Origin: Naegleria gruberi
Taxonomy: Eukaryota
Length of the DNA stretch: 64,000 nucleotides
Strand: one strand, 5' to 3'
Assembly: GCA_000004985.1 (NCBI GenBank)
Contig: GG738867.1
Part shown: positions 55,201 to 64,000 of the stretch, one piece after another
How the letters are laid out: each line of letters starts with the position of its first letter
Position numbering within the stretch: position 1 is the first letter of the stretch
The notes under the pieces: generated by a model
The model's input: the letters and a program-made list of their open reading frames with translations, nothing else
Database searches by the model: none
What the model was told of the DNA's origin: nothing
Translations under genes and position numbers: made by a program

Positions 55201-55689
55201 TCGATTTTTAAAAATAAAAATTGTTACTACTTCACTCACTTCAAAATTTCAAAATGAGGAGTATCAACAATCGTAAGTTGAAATGGAGGGAAAATCCATA
55301 AAATATTATTTTGGTCAATGGCCACACTTGAGCCTCAACTAGGCGTGCAGGTGGATACCACGAGATGATCTCTTGTTTCAGATGGCATTTCGGCTGTTTA
55401 CAAAACGCCAGTTTTTTAGTGGCTATAAGAGGATCCACTCTCGATTGAGTTGTCAGGCTTGAGAGGAGTATTGAAAAATCCTTCAAAAAAAAACAAATAA
55501 CGCTCAACCTTGAAAATTTGATACTTGAAAAAAGCTGGTAACTGTTCTGCTCAATCATTATCATTCAAGATATTCATACACAAAAACGCATCATCTCAGT
55601 TGAGAGAGTCTCTGGAATATTAATCATCAGAGAAGAAATATTTCATCTCAACATCATCATCGCACCATCAAACAAGAAGCCTTTGAAAT

Positions 55690-57306
55690 ATGAGCAAACA
55701 AAATAATCATGAAGAGGATCTTCAACAACCTTCCTCTAATTCCTCTTCAATAGAGAATTCAATACAATCATCATCGCCACAACAACAACAACAAGTTGCT
55801 ACTTCGAATATTGCCACTCTAACAATAGAAGTTCATGAAAATCCAAGTGAAACTCAAGAAATAACAATCCCTCCAACAACAACAACAACAATAACCACTA
55901 CCGACACAAATAACAACATCAATAATACAATTGGAATGTCTCGAATTGGCTCTATCAATGCCATCTCCACAATCAACACCAAACAACAACAACCAACATC
56001 CCCAACTACTAATATTGCCTCCCCCACAGTCGTCAAACCAATTGAAACAAAGGAATGGCAAGTAGACTTTTCCAAATTCCCCATTGTTGATACCGATAGA
56101 ATGAAGCAATCATCAAAGAAAAAGTTGAGAAAGAAGGTTTCCCAATTCTATGAAAAACAAAATGAGCTTGTTGAAGGATATGCTGAATTATATACCAATA
56201 CAGTGACTAAGGAATTTCTGAAGGATTCCGATGAAGAAGGAGAGGAAGGTGATTCCTTTTTAAAAGATACCAGTGCTGATGATGAAAAGAGAGAAGCAGC
56301 TGAGGCCCTTGAGAGGAAGGAGAGTAGATATGCTTCATTTTGTATCCAAGCCAGTTTTTGGGTCAATGTCTTGCTCTTATTCTTGAAAGTTTCTGCCAGT
56401 TTGCTTTCCTTGTCCCTTTCTGTTATTACATCAACCATTGACTCGATTTTGGATTTGGTCTCTGGACTCATTCTCTTCTATACAAACCTTTTGAAGAAAA
56501 AGAAGAGTGATCTTCACTTGTATCCAGCTGGTAAGGAAAGATTGGAACCATTAGGTTTTATCATCTTTGCCACCTGTATGTCAACAGCCAGTTTACAAAT
56601 TATTAAGGAAGGTGTTGTTGGTATCATTACAGGTCTAGTTACTGGCGACCCGTATCTCCCAACAGATTCTCAAAACATTGTAGAATGGATTATGAAACCA
56701 GAGTTACTCAATGGAGAAATGGAATGGATGCTTGGTATCAAAATTCCTTCCACTTTCAAAATGGTATTTTACATTTATGGTCTTTTTGTATTGTTTATTG
56801 CTATTGTGTTGAAATCTGTCCTCTATGTTTTGTGTATCAGAGCTAAGGATTCTCCATCATGTGAAGCTTATGCCTTCGATCACAGAAATGATGTATTGAG
56901 CAATACCTTTTTAATTATATCTCTCTTTGTTTCTCAGTGGGTTTGGTGGTTGGATCCTTTTGGTGCTACTCTGTTATCCATTTATATTATTTATGGTTGG
57001 GTTGGTGAGTCGATGGAACATGTGACTAAATTAGTTGGTTTGACTGCCGAATCAGAGTTTATCAAAAAGTTGACCTTTATTGCTGTAAATCAGAGTGAAA
57101 AGATCATGAAGGTTGAAACTGTTACTGCCTGGTACAGTGGTATGAATATTATTGCTGAGATTCACGTTGTACTTCCACCTAACATGTCCCTTAGAGAAGC
57201 CCATAATATTGGTGAGGATTTGCAAATGAAGATAGAGTCTGTCCCAGAGGTGGAACGATGTTTCGTACATTTGGATTTCAATGATAACCATAAAATAAGT
57301 AAATAA
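55690..57306 (+). CDS. Cation diffusion facilitator (CDF) metal transporter, Mn-CDF (MTP8-11-like) group; single exon, 538 aa.
   Basis: The TM region contains SLSVITSTIDSILDLVSGLILFYT and YPAGKERLEPLGFIIFATCM. The C-terminal cytoplasmic domain is VETVTAWYSGMNIIAEIHVVLPPNMSLREAHNIGEDLQ...CFVHLDF. Confidence 0.85.
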   Translation: MSKQNNHEEDLQQPSSNSSSIENSIQSSSPQQQQQVATSNIATLTIEVHENPSETQEITIPPTTTTTITTTDTNNNINNTIGMSRIGSINAISTINTKQQQPTSPTTNIASPTVVKPIETKEWQVDFSKFPIVDTDRMKQSSKKKLRKKVSQFYEKQNELVEGYAELYTNTVTKEFLKDSDEEGEEGDSFLKDTSADDEKREAAEALERKESRYASFCIQASFWVNVLLLFLKVSASLLSLSLSVITSTIDSILDLVSGLILFYTNLLKKKKSDLHLYPAGKERLEPLGFIIFATCMSTASLQIIKEGVVGIITGLVTGDPYLPTDSQNIVEWIMKPELLNGEMEWMLGIKIPSTFKMVFYIYGLFVLFIAIVLKSVLYVLCIRAKDSPSCEAYAFDHRNDVLSNTFLIISLFVSQWVWWLDPFGATLLSIYIIYGWVGESMEHVTKLVGLTAESEFIKKLTFIAVNQSEKIMKVETVTAWYSGMNIIAEIHVVLPPNMSLREAHNIGEDLQMKIESVPEVERCFVHLDFNDNHKISK

Positions 57307-57452
57307 TTAGTTAATAAGAAGTGCTAAGCTTTTTGGAACGAAATGTTTTGGTTCTGATTTAAGTTGTTTCTCTAGCTGAAAGTGAAACTCTTCCACAACT
57401 TTCAAAAATTGTATCATTGTCAATGAAATAGTAGTAAAATTATGCTTTCTGT

Positions 57453-59870
57453 TTAAGTGTTATAATTTCCTCTTCCAACAATTTTATTTCTTTCCAATAG
57501 TTCTTTCACTTGTTTGTTTTTTTCAAATGTAATTTTATCCACTTCCTCAGCTAGTTGAGAGTAACTTTTCAATGGCATGATTTTCTTAAATTCTTCAATT
57601 TCATTGGTAATGTTCAATGTTAAATCTTTAATTTCACCTCGCAAGAATTTCAAAATATTCTCAATTATTAAAAGGTGTAAATAACAATTCAATATTTTGG
57701 TTGAATCTCTTTGAATCATTGTAATGATACATCTGATCAATAGTTCATTAATTCCAACTTCTGGATCGATAGAATGATTGATCAGTTTTTCAATTGCATA
57801 ATGTAATTTCATTTCTCCTTCAGTTGTTGTTATTACAGTATAGAAATACTTTCCATATCCACTAAAGTATGGATAGCCATTATTGTACTTTGAAACATCT
57901 GGATCAGTTACAAATTTTTCATCCAGTTGTAATGGACAATTGGTCAGTAATTTCAAAAAAATACATCCCAAAGAGAAAATATCAGATGAAGTGGTTATTT
58001 GTCCAATATTGTGAGCTAATCTATCGTTATCACCATATTTAAACATGTTGTCAGTGTAATTGTCATGTGAAACCTCAGGAGACATGTAGGCATACTTTCC
58101 ACGTGCAATTGTAATTGAGTGACCTATCTTAATAACTCTTGATGTTTCAAAATCAATAATTTTAAAAGTATCTCCAATTTTAACAATATTTTGCGGATCT
58201 AAATCTCTGTGAGCAATATTATGATCATGAATTGACTTGACTGATCTCAATACTTTGGTGAATATTTCAAACAATTCTATTAATTTGTCCTTGGTTAAGA
58301 AGGTGTCTCGATAAATGTCATTATTTCTGTAAATATAATGTGACAATGATTCCTCTCCAAGCTCCATCACTGAATACAAATGATTTTGAATAACAGCACA
58401 TTCAAAACACTTGATCTTTCCTTCAATATCTGTTCTTTTCAATAAATTAATTGTGTAGTTGGTAGCAGCTTCAGAACCCTCTGGATCATATTTGAATTTC
58501 ATGGCTCGTAAAGATTTTGTTTTTTTGTGAAATACTTTGAAAACGACGCCTTCTGCTCCATATCCTAAAACTGAAATAAAGTCATATTCCATTTTGAAAT
58601 GAATATAGTAATAATTGAGTGCTTTGAAAATTTTTGCTAAATCTCCTCGTAATTCATTGTATTTACACAATATTTGTTTGTAATTCTCAAATGTTTGCTC
58701 ACTTTCAAACCATTTAATGACAAAACTCATAATTTCCATAATTTCCTTTGTTGAATAAAAAGAGGTTTTGAAATTACTTGAAACATTTTCCACAACATTC
58801 TTCAAATCCTTCATGTCTGTTGTTTGGGAAGGATTATCTTTAAGAAAATTATCCAATCTGAAACAAAATAAATGAAAGTTAGCACTTTCTGAAATAGGAA
58901 TATTGTTGGACAATTCTTCGTGGTTCATTTGTTTCAATATTTGGAAGGTGATTAATTTTTCAACAAGTAGTGGTGAATAGGTTTTTTGGTTGAAATAATT
59001 AAATAGTGCGCTTTTGGATTTTGGATTAAATAGTGAACTTAACTCAATAGCAAAATATAAATCCTTTTCTTCCAAATACTTTTTTGAGTATAGTTCAATA
59101 ATATTTGTTGATAGCATTCTATGTAAATCAACACAATCCTCAATGCTTTTGGTAATAGAAGGAGAGAATTCTTTTGCAATCTTGGTATTGTGTTTGAATA
59201 GGGAGAAAATGAAAGGAATATCTCCTTTAAATGAGTTATCAACATGTTCAAGTACCAATCTATTTTGTTTAACAGCTTCCAATACTATTTCTCTATCTTT
59301 TTTAAATGATTCATCTGCACGTTGAAGTGCATTTCCATTTTGTTTAACAGCTTCCAATACAAATTCTCTATCCTTTTTAAAAGATTCGTCAACATATTCA
59401 AGTACCTTTCCATTTTGTTTAACAACATTCAAAACAAAATTTCTATCTTTTTTCAATGATTGATCAGCAAAGTCAAACAAAAATTCATGCAACACAACAA
59501 CTTGCAATAAAAATTGTCTATCTTTTTTCAATGATTCATCCGCATATTTAAGTAACAGTCCATATTGAACTGCAGCATTCCAATCACTATCAGTTTCCTT
59601 TCCTTTAACAGCTTCCAATATTATCTCTCTATCTTTTCTAAGTGATTCATCAGCACATTGAAGTGCCAATCCATTTTGTTTAACAGCTTCCAATACAATT
59701 TCTCTATCTTTTTTGAATGATTCATCTGCATATGTAAGTAACAATCCATTTTGTTTAACAATATTCAATACAAATTCTCTATCTTTTGTACGCTTCAAAA
59801 CTCCCAATACGATATCTTGTAGTTGTTGTTCTTGTTGTTCTGTATTATTGTTATCATTGCTAGCTATCAT
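57453..59870 (-). CDS. Protein kinase with about nine N-terminal DUF4116-type 21-aa repeats; single exon, 805 aa.
   Basis: The repeats follow the pattern VKQNG.AL..ADES.KKDRE.VLEAV. The kinase motifs are LGYGAEGVVFKV, RAMKFK, HRDLDPQN (Asp in place of the usual Lys), IIDFETSR (DFG replaced by DFE) and YMSPEV. Confidence 0.75.
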   Translation of the reverse strand: MIASNDNNNTEQQEQQLQDIVLGVLKRTKDREFVLNIVKQNGLLLTYADESFKKDREIVLEAVKQNGLALQCADESLRKDREIILEAVKGKETDSDWNAAVQYGLLLKYADESLKKDRQFLLQVVVLHEFLFDFADQSLKKDRNFVLNVVKQNGKVLEYVDESFKKDREFVLEAVKQNGNALQRADESFKKDREIVLEAVKQNRLVLEHVDNSFKGDIPFIFSLFKHNTKIAKEFSPSITKSIEDCVDLHRMLSTNIIELYSKKYLEEKDLYFAIELSSLFNPKSKSALFNYFNQKTYSPLLVEKLITFQILKQMNHEELSNNIPISESANFHLFCFRLDNFLKDNPSQTTDMKDLKNVVENVSSNFKTSFYSTKEIMEIMSFVIKWFESEQTFENYKQILCKYNELRGDLAKIFKALNYYYIHFKMEYDFISVLGYGAEGVVFKVFHKKTKSLRAMKFKYDPEGSEAATNYTINLLKRTDIEGKIKCFECAVIQNHLYSVMELGEESLSHYIYRNNDIYRDTFLTKDKLIELFEIFTKVLRSVKSIHDHNIAHRDLDPQNIVKIGDTFKIIDFETSRVIKIGHSITIARGKYAYMSPEVSHDNYTDNMFKYGDNDRLAHNIGQITTSSDIFSLGCIFLKLLTNCPLQLDEKFVTDPDVSKYNNGYPYFSGYGKYFYTVITTTEGEMKLHYAIEKLINHSIDPEVGINELLIRCIITMIQRDSTKILNCYLHLLIIENILKFLRGEIKDLTLNITNEIEEFKKIMPLKSYSQLAEEVDKITFEKNKQVKELLERNKIVGRGNYNT
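59270..59800 (-). repeat. Intragenic tandem nucleotide repeats of about 60-63 nt encoding the DUF4116-like protein repeats of the kinase.
   Basis: Units of the form TTGTTTAACAGCTTCCAATAC.ATTTCTCTATCTTTTTT.AATGATTCATC recur about eight times. Confidence 0.7.
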
Positions 59871-60841
59871 TGCGATTGCGATAATGGTACTTTAACGTTG
59901 TGGATTTTTTTTTAAGTAAAACGTGATTCTAAATTAATGTACTCATGAATGTCAATAATTTTACAAAATGTACTCGTCATTCTTGGGCACGGAATTGTTG
60001 TGAATCAGGAAAAGTTGAATAGAGCTACAGCTTGTTCCAAATCCTATCTCATATATAATTAAGGCAAATTTTAAAAATTGAAGCCAATAAATGAAGGAAA
60101 ATTCCGAACAATGATATGGTTGCCCATCTTTCCATTTAGATCGACCAGTGATGATTTTACTGAAAATTGACTTTCATTATCCTAGTTCCATCCTAGTTAC
60201 AAATTTATATTAATCCAATAATTAAAAATTCCACGAATTATTTTGATGATGTTAATATATTGTGATGGTTTCATTATTTGATGAATTGAAACCATGTTGA
60301 AAATCAACAAACTTCCGAATCATTGGTTTTCACTGCATGTTGATTCAGTTTTTGATAGTGTAAACATCAAATAATTATAGTTAATAAGAAGTGGCGTTTA
60401 GACCTTAATAAGGGAAAATTTGTAAAACAGCTGATCCTGGCAAACTTCAATGTATTCTGTTCCAAGTTTATTTGGCTCAAAGATGCTGTGTTTGAAATGA
60501 AATTACCATGAGTATTCAACAAACTGTAGGGGGTTTTCATGTATAAAATTCCCAGAGATATCACTCGACGCAAACTCAATTATAAATCAATTTTTAACGA
60601 CAGTATCCAAATAGAAGTGGCTGCGCTTTGATATACATTAGCCATGGTTCCGATCTAAGGATCTGTCGAACTTTGGCTGTGGCTTGTGAAGAGTCAAAAG
60701 CAATTGTGGTGGTCAGATAGCCTTAATTGGTCAAATATTTGAATGAACTCCCCACGCCCAAAACAACAGAACACAACAACACAAACGGCAATATCACAAC
60801 AAAAACAATAAAAATAAGAAGAACCCCAAACACAATTTAAT

Positions 60842-63800
60842 ATGAACCCGACACAACCGAGCAGCAATCCCAATCTCCTGCAGGTACAAGGCTCTGCAAA
60901 CCATAATGTCAGTGGTGCTAGTTTAAGCTTTGATGATGTTGGTAGTCATCATAGCGGATTTGGAGGCATTGGTTTCAATGGAGAGTCAAGCCAGGTAGAT
61001 CCCTCCGTTACACAAAAGAGTCGTTCTAGTTCCAATAATACGAATAATCCTTTGGTTATATTTGAGAGGAGTTTTTCGATATTCATCTCGGCGTTAAGGA
61101 ATACTCTAGAATCAACAACATACATATATTCTGTTCTGCTGTATATTTGGATAATTTTGCAAACATTTTCTTTATCTTCCTATTATGAATACAGGTGGGG
61201 AAATATTGCAGGATGGATAATGAGAGGAATAGCAGCAATATGGACATTAGGGTTTGATTTTATGCCATATAATGTAAGTATATAGTGATTAGAGGTGTAA
61301 TGATTAATATTGTGTTTCCTTAATGATTGTTACTACTCAATTTACTGGTTCTATTTTAACAACTTCATCAACCCTAAAATCCTTTTCATCCCAATGAATA
61401 ATTATTAACTTGCAATCTCTCAACAGGGTCATATTGTTATAATATCTCTGTCTTTGGCCCTTAACATTGTAACATTATTAATGTTCTTATATTGCAAATC
61501 TGCGCTTGGAAATGGCAGTAAACATTGGGATAGACTAAAACGATACACAAGAAAGATGTGTGTCATTCATCTCGTATTTTCTGTTCCGATGATGTATTGC
61601 TATGGAGTGTTTTGGCACTGTGATTATACGACACTGAAATTGTTCGCCTTCTCTGAAGTTGAATGTTGGTCTCCTTCTAATAGTGGCCTTGCATCAATAT
61701 CAATGTTGGGAGCATTAATGACTTTCATTATTACATTAATATCAAGTTTGGTTCTTGTAGATATCAATCCAGCAAGTAAGGGAATATTTGTGAGTTTTAC
61801 TCCATTCTTTTTTGCTTCTCTAGTTGCTTCGAATACTCTTTTTGCATTCCTTCAACAAGCTATTCCTCCTTACATTTACTATGCTGTCCCATCATTATTT
61901 ATTGTGAAACAGTTATTGTTGTGTGTAGCGCTTGTTCAGAGATATCCATTCTTTAGAAGAGTGGAAAATTCAGTCATGTTTGGGGTATTGGTAGGCTCTG
62001 GAATGTGGGCAGTAGCAAATCTGGTTGTCTTCTCTGTAAATAGTAATGTTCCTTCAATTGATCTGGAAACATCAGGACTTGCAATAATGGGTGTTGGTTT
62101 CTTGTTGCCCATCACTGGGATCGTTCTCGGTTTTGTTGGTATTGAAATTGCCACTCGTGTCATTGTTTCAAAAGTAAAACATGATCTCGATAACTTAATG
62201 AGCAGTCCTCAAGGTGAACTGGAAGAAATGAAGTATTCTCATTTATTTATTCAGTGGGCCATGAAAGATCATTCCCTTGCAGAGTACGTGCGGTATCTTA
62301 TTAATGAAGTTTCTTCAACCAAGGTGGATCTCTCATTCATCGATTTGATAACGAGTGCTTGTTATATGCACTATTTGGTGGAAGATTTTCAAACCAGTGC
62401 ACTCTTGTTGCTTAAAAGATCTGAAGAAATGTTTGATTCTGTTTGGTTCATTGACAGATTAGAACTCCAAATAAGAAAGAGAGAAATCACTAGCCACATT
62501 CATGCTGAAAGCGCTGAAGTGTCTGAGTACTTGACAAAAGTTGTAGCTAAACAAGACACAATTCTAATTCTCCAAAGATCATTCTGGAAAATTGTCCTAT
62601 CAGAAGAAATATCTGAATTGGCGATGGAACAAGCAGGAAGAAAGATATGGTCAACTCTTTGAATGAATACAGATATATTCAAAAAAATTTAGAGCTCTAT
62701 GGAACTCTTGATACTGAGAGGTTTGAATCCATTAAAGGAAGATTGGCTTGGTATGCCAGTATGATAAATGAAATGGTGAAAACAGTACAATCTAATTATT
62801 TCACAGATGAAATGAAAAATGATATGCTTGGAACTAAGAGTGAAGTGTTTCTTCCTTCTCTTTCTGCTGACGGTAGCTATACGTTCAGCACAAAGAATAT
62901 GACATATTCAGAATTGATGCATTTGATCGGTTCTGTTACATCAGTATTAGCCAATAGTACTTTAGAAACTTTTAGGAATACCACAAACTTTGAGTACATC
63001 TTTTTGTGGAAGAACAGGTTACTCTTTATTGATTATTTCGAGGTCTTTTGCGATATTTTGACTGCAAGAAACTTTGAACATTTGAATGCATGGTCCAACA
63101 TTATTATTGGTGTAATGTCAACCCTGATAGGTCTATTTACCATATATTTGATCGTGTTTTGGGTAATTGTTGGTGGCTATATGAAGGCATCATCCAAGCT
63201 ATTCAAGCTTTACAAGTTTTTACCAAAGGATGAAGTAGGAAAGCTTTTCCATGAATTGGAGAAAAAGACAAGCCAGCTTAATCAAAGAATTGAGTTTAGA
63301 AAGTCCAATCTATTATCTCCTTCAAACGTTATGATCTACTTTTTGGCTTTAGTCTTCTTACTAACTTATATTTCAGTTGGATTGATATTTTTTGAGGCCC
63401 TTTACAACTCTGTTTACAACAGACAAGCAATTTCCAAAGTTCAACATGGTACAGAAATTACGCACGATTTGACCAAGATCACCTTTGGTTCATTCCAATC
63501 CTTATTTGATGATACTGATTATCTTCAATATACACACGATGAATTGTATGAATTTGCAAAGCGGTACAATACCATGGACGAGTACACTGATTTCAGATAC
63601 GGAACAGAGGATGCAGGTTATTATAATTTAATTGGTATGACATCTTCTATAGATACACAAGTTGAGCACCGTGGAACAGATGCTAAATGCAAGAATTACA
63701 CTTTGATTAATTTTGATATTTCACAAATAGAATGCATGAGCATGGATGAATTGATTAATGCAAATGCTTACTATTTAGCTAAACAAGTAGAAGATATTTA

Positions 63801-64000
63801 CAAGAAGAAATATTCAGAAGAACAATTGTTGGCAACTTTTTGGAAGAATTACTTGGTATACATTCAGACAAGAAAAAAGAGTTGGGGAATCATGCTTGAA
63901 TCTGTTGATTATTTCACCTCTAGAATTAATCAGAGAATAATAAGTGGTTTGGCTTGTGCCTTGCCTGCTCTGGTTGCTCTGTTAGCGTATATGGCTTTTA
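60842..64000 (+). CDS. Large polytopic membrane protein running off the window end; join(60842..61273,61427..about 62650,about 62641-62695..>64000), with the last junction unresolved.
   Basis: A 153-nt intron (GTAAGT..TCAACAG, phase 0) joins exon 1 to a 6-TM block. After the 62662 stop, a different frame is open from 62617 to the end of the window with further TM helices (IIIGVMSTLIGLFTIYLIVFWVIVGG). I recognise no family signature. Confidence 0.5.

Noticed and set aside
1-64000. Reading the window as a prokaryotic locus (operons, a defence system or CRISPR) because the ORF track has a bacterial style.
   Set aside because: Genes need GT-AG introns to stay in frame, and the proteins are eukaryote-specific (PAN2, RdRP, Ran, RCC1, F-box, BTB, PARG). 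Many track M starts are in fact TTG or GTG codons. I found no repeat-spacer array and no Shine-Dalgarno organisation.

Overview
This 64-kb window is AT-rich (roughly one-third GC) eukaryotic nuclear DNA, not a prokaryotic locus. I count about 30 protein-coding genes on both strands, with intergenic spacers from about 60 bp to about 1 kb. Many genes are single long exons. The rest carry 1-4 short spliceosomal introns of about 40-225 nt with GTAAGT or GTATGT donors and AG acceptors; one intron is GC-AG and one gene has a 13-nt micro-exon. Many ORFs in the supplied track begin with a TTG or GTG alternative start rendered as M and are split at introns, so I re-derived ATG starts and exon joins by hand. 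Hand-derived splice coordinates are approximate to within 1-2 nt.

The gene content is signalling-rich and looks like a free-living amoeboid protist. My best guess is a Naegleria-like heterolobosean or an amoebozoan, but I cannot confirm that from sequence alone. Genes I can support include:
- RNA metabolism: PAN2 deadenylase, an RdRP and an EndoU ribonuclease.
- Signalling: a receptor-type class III nucleotidyl cyclase, a Pmp-repeat receptor-like kinase, a kinase/RasGEF fusion, a repeat-containing kinase, Ran-like and Ras-like small GTPases, a multi-domain GTPase, and two tandemly duplicated 7-TM receptor-like genes.
- Other: a histidine acid phosphatase, BTB/BACK and F-box/ankyrin proteins, an RCC1-repeat protein, a START-domain protein, a SAM methyltransferase, a zeta-crystallin-type quinone oxidoreductase, a transglutaminase-like (KY/Cyk3) protein, a PARG-like protein, an EF-hand protein, HACD/PHS1 dehydratase, a C2-domain protein and a Mn-type CDF transporter.
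- A large polytopic membrane protein runs off the 3' end of the window.

I found no rRNA, tRNA, CRISPR array or recognisable transposon. I do not see one unified novel system. The most interesting signals are individual oddities:
- a Ran-like GTPase fused to an FG-repeat and zinc-finger-like extension, spliced through a GC-AG intron;
- the duplicated 7-TM pair with a conserved intron;
- a micro-exon in the C2 gene;
- DFG-to-DFE substitutions in two kinases;
- possible degeneration of catalytic motifs in the cyclase and PARG-like genes;
- two frame discontinuities that are either micro-introns, frameshifts or pseudogenes.
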